From an uncultured Candidatus Marinamargulisbacteria bacterium (GTDB lineage Bacteria > Margulisbacteria > Marinamargulisbacteria > CAZFTP01), in NCBI GenBank assembly GCA_964521915.1, contig CAZFTP010000004.1, positions 67,363-131,362 of the forward strand: 64,000 nucleotides of DNA. Reading direction: 5' to 3'. Position 1 is the first letter of the stretch, and every line of letters begins with the position of its first letter. Positions 50,483 through 60,584 of the stretch are shown here, in pieces. The position numbers and the translations under genes were made by a program. A model generated the notes under the pieces. The model was given only the letters and a program-made list of their open reading frames with translations, was not told the origin of the DNA and searched no databases.

Positions 50483-51373
50483 ATGGATAAAGAAAATCTT
50501 TTTAGAAAAATTGAATTATTATTAAAAAAAAATGATTTTGAAATTATCAATAAAACAGAAATTAATTATGGTCTACAATTTATAGTTCCTTTTGAAAACA
50601 CAAAATCAGTTATTAGAATCTTTGAAGGTAAAAAAGGAGTTAAATTAGATTTATCACAAATTAAAGATTCTGCTTTTCTGAGTATTTTAGAAAAAATTTT
50701 AACAACTATTGATATTAATTATGATATTAAAACTCAAGAAAAAACTACAAATCTAAAAGAACCTTTAGAGCTTATTGGTATAGATGAATCTGGAAAAGGA
50801 GATTATTTTGGTCCCCTAGTCTCTTCCGCTTGCTACACTGATAGAAAAACCGCTCTTTCCTGGCAAAAAAAAGGGATCATTGATAGTAAACGCTTAAATT
50901 CAGATCAAATAAATGAATTAGCTCAGGAAATAAGCCAAAATTCTTTTTTTAATATTATTAGTATTTCCCCTAAGTATTATAATCAAATTTATCCGAAATA
51001 TAATAATATTAATCATCTTTTAGCAGATTTGCATTTAAAAAATTTAGAACAAATTCTTACAAAAATAAAAAAAGCCGAATATGTTTTAATTGATCAATTT
51101 GCCGAAAAAAAATTATTAATTTCTAAACTTGAATGTAAAAACATCAATATTAATTTATTACAAAGACCTAAAGCAGAAAATCACCCAATTGTAGCCGCCG
51201 CCAGTATTTTAGCCAGGCATACTTTTTTAACTAAATTTAAAGAATTACAAGATAAATATCAGTATAATTTTCATCTAGGTGCGAACCAAATAGTTAAAGA
51301 TCAACGCCAAGAATTTTTAAAAAAATATGGGAAAGAAAAGCTAGCTGAAGTTTGTAAAATGCATTTTAAATAG
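50483..51373 (+). CDS. rnhC: ribonuclease HIII
   Basis: 296 aa. N-terminal approx. 90-aa TBP-like domain, then the RNase HII-type catalytic core GIDESGKGDYFGPLV. Confidence 0.7.
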   Translation: MDKENLFRKIELLLKKNDFEIINKTEINYGLQFIVPFENTKSVIRIFEGKKGVKLDLSQIKDSAFLSILEKILTTIDINYDIKTQEKTTNLKEPLELIGIDESGKGDYFGPLVSSACYTDRKTALSWQKKGIIDSKRLNSDQINELAQEISQNSFFNIISISPKYYNQIYPKYNNINHLLADLHLKNLEQILTKIKKAEYVLIDQFAEKKLLISKLECKNININLLQRPKAENHPIVAAASILARHTFLTKFKELQDKYQYNFHLGANQIVKDQRQEFLKKYGKEKLAEVCKMHFK

Positions 51374-51460
51374 TACCACTGAGGAAATAAAACCCCAGTG
51401 ATACGCTATTTGGTTTCTTTTTATAAAGAAACTCTAAAATCTATTTAAAGGAGTATTAAA

Positions 51461-52213
51461 ATGGAAGGTCCATCAAGCAAACATCTAGAGACAAGATTAA
51501 AACACTATTCTGCAGAGTTATTCAAGACATCAGAATCTCGTGATTCCATTGATTCGGAAGGATCAGCTACAGCCAGACCTGCGCGCCCGCCATTTAGTCC
51601 TGCAGAAATTGCGAGTCTAAAACAACCTCAGGAATTATCTTTAACTCAAGTATTGATATATATAAAAAAATTATATTTATTAAAAAACCAACTTGTAGAA
51701 AGAAAAAATAAAGGGGAAATATCTACGTCAGAACTACCAAGTTTAGAAGAAAGTTTTCAATTTGCTATTAACCAAATAAGAACTATTATAAGAGATTATT
51801 TCAGATTATCTATTTCACCAGATATAGTTAAAGCGAAAATGAAATTAGAAAAAACAACAAAAGCAAAAACTAAATTATTTATTGAGCTCGGAAAACAAGA
51901 AGACCTACTTAATCAAAAATGGCAATCTTTCTTTATAGAACTAACAGCATTTTTAGTTTGTATTCAACATCTTGATTCAGAATTAATGCTAAGTAATCTT
52001 GGTCCTGAAGTTAAAAACTACATAGAGGCTACAGAAAATTCTGATAAACTCGACAAAACACTATCTCAAACTTTTTATATAGACGAACCAACTCCAACTG
52101 TTATTGATTTATTTAAAACCCAATTCAAAATTTTTGAATACTTGTTAAAAAATTTTCAAGAACAATATTCTGAACTAATTATGTTTTGTGAAAAACACGA
52201 TTTATTGACTTGA
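51461..52213 (+). CDS. hypothetical protein
   Basis: 250 aa. Low-complexity N-terminus, helical remainder. Confidence 0.35.
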   Translation: MEGPSSKHLETRLKHYSAELFKTSESRDSIDSEGSATARPARPPFSPAEIASLKQPQELSLTQVLIYIKKLYLLKNQLVERKNKGEISTSELPSLEESFQFAINQIRTIIRDYFRLSISPDIVKAKMKLEKTTKAKTKLFIELGKQEDLLNQKWQSFFIELTAFLVCIQHLDSELMLSNLGPEVKNYIEATENSDKLDKTLSQTFYIDEPTPTVIDLFKTQFKIFEYLLKNFQEQYSELIMFCEKHDLLT

Positions 52214-54670
52214 TTCTAAAGCAAAAAATAAGCCTGCTAAAGCATCACTGGAATAAAATACTTGTCCATTATATTCGGGCTGAACTTTTTCCGTAACAAA
52301 TTTTTTTGAAAGTGCCGCACCGCCAAGTAATAACGGCACAGAAATTCTATTTTTAGTAAGTTCTTTTGCACATTCTACCATTTCCAGAGTAGATTTTACC
52401 AATAATCCGGATAACCCAATAAAATTCGGCTGATGCTTAATACATTCTTTAATGATTGTTTCCTTATCACAATTAATACCCAAATCTATTATCTCATAAC
52501 CATTAGATCTAAATAATAAAGCTACCAAATTTTTACCAATATCGTGAACATCGCCTTTTACCGTGGCAAGCAAAAACTTTCCTCTTTTCTGGCGTTCTTT
52601 TGGTAGTAATGGTTCTAAATAATTTACCGCAGATTGCATTACTTCAGCAGATTTTAAAACCTCAGTAATGATAAGCTCATTTTTCTGGAATTTCTCGCCA
52701 ACAATACCCATTGCTTTTAGTAATACTTGGTTAATAATATCAAGTGGTGATTTTTCTTTAATTAATTCAGCTAAAATTGTTTCAAGTTTTGTTTTGCTAC
52801 CTTCTACAATTTTTTGAATTAGTTGTTCTTCAAAAGATTGATTTGTTTCTTGTTTTTTGGCAGTAACCTTTTCCCCGCGAAAAAAATCAATAAATTTTTG
52901 GATATTTTCCGGGGAATTATCTAATATTAATTCATGTATACCTGGTGGGCAAAGCCCACCAGGTATACGATTAACCTTCTCCGCATTCACTATCGCATAA
53001 TCAAGCCCATTTTCTACGGCTAAATCTAAAAAAACCTGATTTAAAACTTCCCTGGCATTAAGCGGTAAACCAAATGACAAATTTGAAATGCCTAAAATAG
53101 TTTTTGCTTCTGGAAATTCCCCTTTTAACAATTTAATAGTTTCCAAAGTTTCTTTGGCAGATAAATAATAAGTTTCATCATTAGCCGTAATAGGAAAAAC
53201 TAATGGATCAAAAATAATATCCTTAGCCGGAATTTGATATTTTTTAGTAATAAGATCATAAGAAATTCTGGCAATTTCCAATTTTCGTTCAGCTTTAATT
53301 GCCGGTTGATCTTTAATTAAGCCAACTACTACTGCCCCACCAAACTGTTTAATTAAAGGTAGCATTTCTGCAAAAAGATCTTCCCCTTTTTCTAAATTCA
53401 CAGAATTCAAAATAATTTTACTGGGAATTAATTTAAGAGCAACTAAAAGCGCTTTTGGGTTTTGAGTATCAATCATATACGGAACTTTAATTACCTTTAC
53501 TGCAAGTTTAAGAAAAGTAGCTAGATCTTCAACTTCGTTTCTATCTGGGTTAGTAAGACAAACATCTATAATATCAGCCCCCTTTGCAACTTGATTCTTA
53601 GCAATTTCTACAGCTTCTTCAAATTTTTCTTCGTTAATTAAAGTTCTAAAAGCTTTAGAGCCAATTACATTGGCGCGTTCTCCTACAATTTTTAAGGGGG
53701 CAAGCCCCCTTAGACCCCCAGGAATAAAATATTGTTTATGAAGGGACTCCGTCCCTTCAACCCTGGATGATATACTAGAAATATAACGTGGGGTAGTTCC
53801 GCAACAACCACCTACTACATTTACCCAACCCTTAGTTAAAAAACTATTAATTACTTTAATAAAATCTTTAGGATCTTCCGGATATTTACCATTTTCATCC
53901 GGTAAACCGGCATTAGGTGCAACGGCTATCGGACAATTAGCAACTCTAACTAATTCTTCTAAAAAAGGTGCCATCAAATCTGGACCTGTAGCACAATTCA
54001 ACCCAAAATATAACGGATTAATATGTTCCAAAGCTTCGTAACAAGAAGCAATTGATTGACCAGTAAGTAAAGCACCGTTTTTTTCTAAAGTAATAGAAAT
54101 TGCTATTGGTAATTCAAGTTCTAATTCTTGAAAAGCTTTTTTAATACCTTTGATGCCGGCTTTTATATTTAAAGTATCCATCATAGTTTCTAAAAGCAGA
54201 TAATCTACTCCACCCTTAATTAAAGCTTTTGCCTGCAGATAAAAATTATCAGCCAATTCATCAAAAGAAATATCATCACTTAAAAAAAGTGATTTATTGG
54301 TTGGACCCATAGAACCAGCCACAAATCTAGGTTTAAGCGGGGTTGAATAGGTATCGGCTAAATCTCTGGCTAAACTAGCAGAAGTAAAATTAATAAATTC
54401 CGCTTGATCTTCCAAACCATACTCTTTTAAAACCAAAGGAGTTGCCCCAAAAGTATTGGTTTCGATAATATCTGCCCCGGCTTCCAAATAAGACTTATGA
54501 ATATCTAAAATTACTCTCGGTTTGGAAAGAATTAAGTATTCGTTACACCCTACAAATTTTTCTTCACCAAAATCTGCTGGCTGTAAATTTTTCTTTTGAA
54601 TTTCCGTACCCATGGCACCATCGAAAATCAAAATCTTTTCATTAATTAAATCTCTTATTTTAGATTTCAT
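52202..54670 (-). CDS. metH: methionine synthase (cobalamin-dependent) core: Hcy-binding, pterin-binding and B12-binding domains, no activation domain
   Basis: 822 aa. GGCCGTTP zinc motif. Pterin domain. B12 cap plus the DVHDIGKN...GGAALS Rossmann domain. Ends after the B12 domain. Confidence 0.85.
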   Translation of the reverse strand: MKSKIRDLINEKILIFDGAMGTEIQKKNLQPADFGEEKFVGCNEYLILSKPRVILDIHKSYLEAGADIIETNTFGATPLVLKEYGLEDQAEFINFTSASLARDLADTYSTPLKPRFVAGSMGPTNKSLFLSDDISFDELADNFYLQAKALIKGGVDYLLLETMMDTLNIKAGIKGIKKAFQELELELPIAISITLEKNGALLTGQSIASCYEALEHINPLYFGLNCATGPDLMAPFLEELVRVANCPIAVAPNAGLPDENGKYPEDPKDFIKVINSFLTKGWVNVVGGCCGTTPRYISSISSRVEGTESLHKQYFIPGGLRGLAPLKIVGERANVIGSKAFRTLINEEKFEEAVEIAKNQVAKGADIIDVCLTNPDRNEVEDLATFLKLAVKVIKVPYMIDTQNPKALLVALKLIPSKIILNSVNLEKGEDLFAEMLPLIKQFGGAVVVGLIKDQPAIKAERKLEIARISYDLITKKYQIPAKDIIFDPLVFPITANDETYYLSAKETLETIKLLKGEFPEAKTILGISNLSFGLPLNAREVLNQVFLDLAVENGLDYAIVNAEKVNRIPGGLCPPGIHELILDNSPENIQKFIDFFRGEKVTAKKQETNQSFEEQLIQKIVEGSKTKLETILAELIKEKSPLDIINQVLLKAMGIVGEKFQKNELIITEVLKSAEVMQSAVNYLEPLLPKERQKRGKFLLATVKGDVHDIGKNLVALLFRSNGYEIIDLGINCDKETIIKECIKHQPNFIGLSGLLVKSTLEMVECAKELTKNRISVPLLLGGAALSKKFVTEKVQPEYNGQVFYSSDALAGLFFALESSQ
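53690..53770. repeat. Two GC hairpin modules (TAAGGGGGCAAGCCCCCTTA and GAAGGGACTCCGTCCCTTCAACCCTGG) inside the metH reading frame, in the Hcy/pterin interdomain linker
   Basis: 25-nt identity and the same two-module spacing as intergenic copies at 10963-11027 and 4024-4051. On the minus strand they encode VEGTESLH...GGLRGLAPLK. Confidence 0.65.
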
Positions 54671-54685
54671 AGTGATTAATACTGC

Positions 54686-54820
54686 TTAAATTTTCTTTAC
54701 CCAATCCGGAGTATATTTTTCATACTTCTTTTTAATTTCATCTTTAAAAATATTGCGTGTAGCAAATACCCCTAAACCTTTTTTCGCTGTTTCTTTAACA
54801 TAAATTACATCTTGTATAAT
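54686..54820 (-). pseudogene. relic of a SET-domain-like gene (44 codons, no ATG) in the metH 5' region
   Basis: The minus-strand frame reads IIQDVIYVKETAKKGLGVFATRNIFKDEIKKKYEKYTPDWVKKI-stop. K-G-x-G-V-F-A-T-R-x-I-x-K-x-E-I is the canonical SET-domain N-terminal motif. Confidence 0.3.
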
Positions 54821-54895
54821 TTACCTCGCCAAAATTTATTATTAATTATAGCATGAATTTACTACTATAAAGGCTAAGTTTTATAAACCTAGAAA

Positions 54896-55435
54896 CTATT
54901 TCCCCAATAAAATTTTAAATCCGACAAAAATCAAAATTAATCCACCAATTAATTCTGCTTTTCTCTTAAATAAACAACTGAGAAGTTTCCCTAAATAAAA
55001 ACCGAAAAAAGAAAAAACAAAAGCAATTAACCCAATAATAATAACTGGCATTAAAATATTTTTATCTAAAAATGAAAAACTAAGCCCAACGCCTAATGCA
55101 TCAATACTAGTTGCAATAGCTAAAACTAAAAGTAAGCGATGCGTAATAGCAAGATATTTATCATTTTCTTTTTGAAAAGCCTCTTTAATCATTTTTCCGC
55201 CAATAAAAACTAAAAGCAAAAAAGCTATCCAAGGAGCAACTGTTACTATAAATTTATTGAAAAAAGAGCCAGCATACCATCCGATAAAAGTCATTAGAGA
55301 CTGAAACCCACCAAAATAAATAGCAATTAAAAAAGCCGTTGCGGTTTTATTCTTTTGACTAACAGCCCCTTTAGAAATAGCAACTGTAAAGCTATCCATA
55401 GCTAACCCTAAGGCAATTAATACATTTGTTAACAT
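54896..55435 (-). CDS. mntP: manganese efflux pump MntP
   Basis: 179 aa, 6 TM helices. The N-terminal LGLAMDSFTVAISKG motif is the MntP/DUF204 signature. Confidence 0.7.
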   Translation of the reverse strand: MLTNVLIALGLAMDSFTVAISKGAVSQKNKTATAFLIAIYFGGFQSLMTFIGWYAGSFFNKFIVTVAPWIAFLLLVFIGGKMIKEAFQKENDKYLAITHRLLLVLAIATSIDALGVGLSFSFLDKNILMPVIIIGLIAFVFSFFGFYLGKLLSCLFKRKAELIGGLILIFVGFKILLGK

Positions 55436-58400
55436 ATTAATACTTTTATAGATTTAATTTCACCATTTTTACGAAAAATTGCTGAGCTTAACTCATGATC
55501 TAAACAGTTACCCAAAATAACTAATTCTGAATTGTCTTTTTTTGTAATTATAATTTTATTTTCATTAGCCAAAGTATAAATTATTGGTACTTGGCAAAAA
55601 GTAAAAGCCAATTCATTAGGATTAACTAAAATTTTTTGCCATTTTAAATCCGTATCTAAATATTTAAAATCCGTTTTTTCTGGTAAAAACTCTTGTTTTC
55701 TGAGCAAGAAAGGTAAAAAATAAACCTGCCCTTCTTTAACAATTACGCCTAATTCACCTCTTCTGGTAATAATTTCCTCTTTTACCTGCCCAGTCATACC
55801 AGGTTGTTGAGCTGTGCCGCAACCAGATGTATGTGAATAAGGGTCAAAAGGAAATGCGCCCCACTCTTTTGCAGATTGATTAAACCCTAAACCAGCTCTA
55901 ATTTGATAATAAGCATTTTTTAGTTCTTCCAAAATACTTTGATCAACTTTTTGTTGATAAGCATTAAAAAAGCATTCTTGTACTGCTAATAAAAACTTTG
56001 AATTCTGATGCCAATAAACACAACCAATCCCCTCATATTTAAACATGATGCCAGACCTACCGGTAAACTCTTTATGCTTAAAAACAGCTTCAAAAATATC
56101 CATAATTTTTTCCAGTTCTTGTTCTACTAAACCTTGATAAACTGAATTTTCAGCTAATTTTTTTAAAGCAGATAATAAATCTTGTGCATTACTAAAATCT
56201 TGGTTAAATCGGATATTGCCTAAAATATCTTTGATAATGATAGAAGTTTCTTGCTCATTAAGTAATTTCACTAATAAAGAAGATTCCATTACCAAATTCT
56301 GTGGGATAATATTTTTTTGTAAAAAAAGTGGTAAAACCCGTTTTGGATATAAAAAATAAGTATTTTTTTGTGGCCAATATAAAGCACTTTCAGCCACGGA
56401 ATTTAAAGTTTTTAAAACTTGTTTTGGCGATAACCTATTACTACCTAATACTGCTACTTGTCCTTCTAACATTTCATATAAAGGTTGTACTAATAATTCT
56501 TGATTATTGGAAGCTATTTTATAAATATTATACGCATTGTACAAATTATGTTCATTTTTATTTATATCAACAGCATGATCTAAATATTTAAGTGTAATTT
56601 CACAAAATTTGCAAAGCTCAGTTTTAGAAATTTCTGTTTTACCAGAAACACCTTTTTTATAAATAGTTTCTCGGTAATGAGAAAAAGCCTCTGCAACTTT
56701 ATCTAAAAATACTTTTTTAGTCTTTAAATCTATTTCTTTTTCTGTTAAATACGATAAATATTGCTTTAAAATTTGGTTAATATCTTCAAACCAAATCAAA
56801 ACTTCTTTGGTTATTTTAAGCTTTGAAAATTCTGCTTTTTTTAGCGTTTCCAAATAAAAATGCAGATGACGTCTTAAAAAATAAGTTGTAACCATGGAAA
56901 TACCATTACCAACTATCGCATTATTTGCATCATTCCATTCTGGTCTTTGCGTATTCATCCAAATACCGCCATCCAAAACAAAATTAGATAATTTAGCTAA
57001 AATAGGAACAAGAATTTTTTCAGTTAAGTTTACGTTATAAACATTATTATCTTTTAAAATTAATTTACCGTCAGTACCGATTTTTTCAACATTTTCAGTA
57101 ATAATATCCGCTTTTTCTTGATTCAAAATAATCGTATTTTTGTTATCTTTTAACAATTCTTGATAAGGTTTAATTTCATAAGGCACATTAGCATAACAAA
57201 AAATTTCTTCGTTCAAAAATTTATTCAAACGTTCTGGATAATGGTTTTCAAGAGCTTCTAAAAGCTTTAATAAATAAATAATTTGATGATCTCCCCAATA
57301 CCCAATAGAACTCCATGGATCATCCGGGTCTAAAACCTCCCACTCAATGCCGGCTTGGTTAATCCGGTAAGGGTTAAACCCATCTAAGGTAGAAGCATTA
57401 ACAAATTTTACTACCATATTCTCTAAATATTCAGGAAAACTCAAAGCCATTGCTTCCCAATTCTGAAATATATCGCGCCAATTGCCCTCATAATGATACG
57501 CCCTTTTTCCATCTTTGTTTTTGGTATTAATAGAAAATCTATTCCATGGTCGTGACGGGTCCCCGTGTCTTCTGGAAAAACTTAATGGTAAAAACTCTAA
57601 AGTTAAACGAATTATATCGACATTTTTAGTAGTAAAAGCTAATTCTTTTAGTTTAAAAACACTAGCATAAGTATCCTGAGACAAATTAGCAAAAAAACTT
57701 AAATTTTTCTTATAAGCAGGAAAATTTCTAATTTTAACAAAATCTATAAATTCTTGAACATTAAAATTATAACCATCTAAAAACACCCCGCCTCGCATAT
57801 TATTATATAAAACATTTACAAGATGATGTACGGTTGTCATTTTATCATTAGTAGTTTGAAATCCATCTGAAATACCTACAATTACTGCTAATTCTTCAGT
57901 AGATTTATTAATATCTTGATTTATAATTTCTAATAATTGTGTTGATTGCTTAGTAATTAAATCTTGTAAACTTAAAATACTAACTTGATCTAAACCTACA
58001 TCTGCAATAATTTGCCAAGTTTCACTACCTTTAGGTTTAATTTTCAGATTAGTGTTAAGAAAATAACTCAGTTTTTTACCCTGCGAAATTAATTCTGTAG
58101 TTAGTTTTTCCCCTTTTAAAAATTTTTTTATGCCATTATCTGACAAAAGAATAGTTGTATCAGTTAAACCATGAGACCAAACTACATTCGCTTTTAACAT
58201 TTCACTGGCGGCTGGGGAATCATCAATTTGAGACGTTAAATAATAAATACCCATTTTAGAGCTAACCTCAAGCTCACTTGCTTTGTATGCATCTGCTAAA
58301 CAACTTTTTGTTTCCTGAATTTTTATTGGTATACCAAAAGGTAAAATATTAGCTAAACCATCTATTATTTCCAAATTTATTTCTTTTTGATTATTATTAA

Positions 58401-58854
58401 TTACGCTAGACGTACGTATTAAGCCGAATTTCTCGCTAAAACTCCATTGATAACGAAAAACTAGACCTAGAGTTAAATTTTCTTCTTCAAATAATAAAGA
58501 ATTACCCAAAGTGTTTTTATAAATATTTCGTTTAATTTTGAATTTTGGTTCTAAACATTGAAGAAACGGTTCCCAAAGCTGTATTTTTTCAGAATCGATT
58601 ATTCTGATTAATGTTTTTGGACCGGTATTAGTACCAGCATTAATTTTATCTTCTGTTTCATAAGGAAATAAAGAATAATCAGCATTTTTTCTTCCCCCTG
58701 TTAAACCGCCGTTAGAAGAAATAAAAAGCCAAAGATCGCAATTACTGGCTAAACTAATAAAAAACGGTGCCATTTCTTGAAAATTAGCTATTTTATAAAA
58801 TTCCTGATTATCTATTAACACAAATTCATCTTGATTTTCAGTCTTATTAAACAT
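55429..58854 (-). CDS. large cytoplasmic hypothetical protein (1141 aa), possibly an (alpha/alpha)6-barrel glycoside hydrolase/phosphorylase-like enzyme
   Basis: No signal peptide. The motifs RPEWNDANNA and GNWRDIFQNWEA are reminiscent of GH94/GH149-type phosphorylases, but I cannot verify this. Confidence 0.3.
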   Translation of the reverse strand: MFNKTENQDEFVLIDNQEFYKIANFQEMAPFFISLASNCDLWLFISSNGGLTGGRKNADYSLFPYETEDKINAGTNTGPKTLIRIIDSEKIQLWEPFLQCLEPKFKIKRNIYKNTLGNSLLFEEENLTLGLVFRYQWSFSEKFGLIRTSSVINNNQKEINLEIIDGLANILPFGIPIKIQETKSCLADAYKASELEVSSKMGIYYLTSQIDDSPAASEMLKANVVWSHGLTDTTILLSDNGIKKFLKGEKLTTELISQGKKLSYFLNTNLKIKPKGSETWQIIADVGLDQVSILSLQDLITKQSTQLLEIINQDINKSTEELAVIVGISDGFQTTNDKMTTVHHLVNVLYNNMRGGVFLDGYNFNVQEFIDFVKIRNFPAYKKNLSFFANLSQDTYASVFKLKELAFTTKNVDIIRLTLEFLPLSFSRRHGDPSRPWNRFSINTKNKDGKRAYHYEGNWRDIFQNWEAMALSFPEYLENMVVKFVNASTLDGFNPYRINQAGIEWEVLDPDDPWSSIGYWGDHQIIYLLKLLEALENHYPERLNKFLNEEIFCYANVPYEIKPYQELLKDNKNTIILNQEKADIITENVEKIGTDGKLILKDNNVYNVNLTEKILVPILAKLSNFVLDGGIWMNTQRPEWNDANNAIVGNGISMVTTYFLRRHLHFYLETLKKAEFSKLKITKEVLIWFEDINQILKQYLSYLTEKEIDLKTKKVFLDKVAEAFSHYRETIYKKGVSGKTEISKTELCKFCEITLKYLDHAVDINKNEHNLYNAYNIYKIASNNQELLVQPLYEMLEGQVAVLGSNRLSPKQVLKTLNSVAESALYWPQKNTYFLYPKRVLPLFLQKNIIPQNLVMESSLLVKLLNEQETSIIIKDILGNIRFNQDFSNAQDLLSALKKLAENSVYQGLVEQELEKIMDIFEAVFKHKEFTGRSGIMFKYEGIGCVYWHQNSKFLLAVQECFFNAYQQKVDQSILEELKNAYYQIRAGLGFNQSAKEWGAFPFDPYSHTSGCGTAQQPGMTGQVKEEIITRRGELGVIVKEGQVYFLPFLLRKQEFLPEKTDFKYLDTDLKWQKILVNPNELAFTFCQVPIIYTLANENKIIITKKDNSELVILGNCLDHELSSAIFRKNGEIKSIKVLIC

Positions 58855-59016
58855 AAAAAAATATCCTTTCTATAAAAAATAAAAGAATAATAAATTTAAC
58901 ATAAAATAGAAAAATAGATAAGGATTTTATTTTGCTGTTGTGATTGATAAAAAAAAATTGTAAAAGTATGCTATACTAAAAATAAATAATATTAAGTTAA
59001 ACATATTATTAATAAT

Positions 59017-59484
59017 ATGAAATTTAAAGAAAAATATAATTATACTCCAATAATTCTACTATTACGTACAATAAAATTTCTTATTACTGGAAGAGTACAT
59101 TTCCCTAAAAATTGTCTGGGCGATATTATTAAAGGGGATGAAGACTTTGTTATTTTTAGAAAAGTAGTTTTAGATCCTACAAAAGAACAACCTATTAAAC
59201 CTGGTGCTACTTTTAAGGTATGTTTTCATTTTGGTAAATTTTCAATTGAAATGAATAAAAAACTTTCTGCTTTCCCTATCCTTTTTATAATTGGACAACC
59301 TGGATTTAGATCTAAAACTTGGATGATAGGTAAGAAAACCGGATTATTTCAAGGCTACTATGAATGGGATTCAGTTAGGCATGCAGAAAGTTATTGGAAT
59401 TCTTTTATTATGAAAATGATGAAAAATCGAACTGCACCAAATACACTTTCTTACGAAATTAAGGAGATTCCATGCAAAAACTAA
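59017..59484 (+). CDS. hypothetical protein
   Basis: 155 aa. Overlaps the downstream hydrolase gene by 13 nt. Confidence 0.35.
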   Translation: MKFKEKYNYTPIILLLRTIKFLITGRVHFPKNCLGDIIKGDEDFVIFRKVVLDPTKEQPIKPGATFKVCFHFGKFSIEMNKKLSAFPILFIIGQPGFRSKTWMIGKKTGLFQGYYEWDSVRHAESYWNSFIMKMMKNRTAPNTLSYEIKEIPCKN

Positions 59485-60584
59485 CCGTAAAAGAAAAAAT
59501 ATTCTATGGCTTAATCTGTAATGAAGAACGTGTATATAAACATTGGTACACAAGATTTTTAGTAGCTGGAGTAGATTTAGACCGCATCAGAAGAGTAGTT
59601 AGAAGAATAAAAAATTGGTATCACTGGTGCTCTGAATGGAGTAAAGAAGGAGAAATAGTAGCTAATAATGCTCAAATAGCCCTAGATGAAGGCAATCTTT
59701 TTTTGGCTAGGCGTTTGTTTCAAGAAGCAACGGGTTGTTATCATATAGCACAACATTTTTTCTATATTGATCCTGAACAAAAAAACAAAGCTTTAGAAAA
59801 AGTATGGCAAAATTTTTCTAAACATATGGAATTAATACCAACAGATGAAAGACCACTAAGAATAGGTGTGCCTTTTAGGGGCAAAAAAATACCTGCTTAT
59901 ATGCAGATCCAAAAGCAAGCCAATAAGCCCTTAATTATTCTTATTAACGGTATGGATAATCTCAAAGAAATTGAAGAATACCAGGTAAGTAAATTATTAT
60001 TTGAAGCTGGTTTTAATACTTTGTTTTTTGATGGTCCTGGGCAAGGTGAGATGTGGCAGGATATGGAATTTATTCCTGATTATGAAAAATCAGTCAATAC
60101 CATAATAGACTGGTTAGAAATAAATTATAAAGAAAAAATTAATTTGAAAAAGATTGGAACACTTGGTTTTAGTTTAGGTGGCTATTTATCGCCGCTGGCT
60201 GCCGGTTATGATAAAAGAATATCTTGTGCCATAGGTGTTGGTGGACCTGCTACTTCTGCTTTATTACCATCTGAGAATATGTTGGTACCTATTATTAAAA
60301 GAGGCTTTATGTATATAACAAAAACAAATACTTATAAAGAAGCAAAAATTAAATTTAATTGTGATATAAAAAAAGTTCCTCCAATGGATAGGCCGTTGTT
60401 AATTGTACATTCCGGTGCTGATGTTTTAATTCCAGATGGACAAAAACATTTAAATTATTTTATAGATTGGGCGATTGGGGAAAAAGAAGCTAAATTTTAC
60501 CCTGATGGCGAACATATTTGTGCTAATTATTTAGACGAATTATTTCCATATGTCGTAGATTGGTTTATGAAAAAATTACTTTAA
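59472..60584 (+). CDS. alpha/beta hydrolase fold protein
   Basis: 370 aa. Nucleophile elbow GFSLGG. Dienelactone-hydrolase-like C-terminal half. Confidence 0.55.
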   Translation: MQKLTVKEKIFYGLICNEERVYKHWYTRFLVAGVDLDRIRRVVRRIKNWYHWCSEWSKEGEIVANNAQIALDEGNLFLARRLFQEATGCYHIAQHFFYIDPEQKNKALEKVWQNFSKHMELIPTDERPLRIGVPFRGKKIPAYMQIQKQANKPLIILINGMDNLKEIEEYQVSKLLFEAGFNTLFFDGPGQGEMWQDMEFIPDYEKSVNTIIDWLEINYKEKINLKKIGTLGFSLGGYLSPLAAGYDKRISCAIGVGGPATSALLPSENMLVPIIKRGFMYITKTNTYKEAKIKFNCDIKKVPPMDRPLLIVHSGADVLIPDGQKHLNYFIDWAIGEKEAKFYPDGEHICANYLDELFPYVVDWFMKKLL

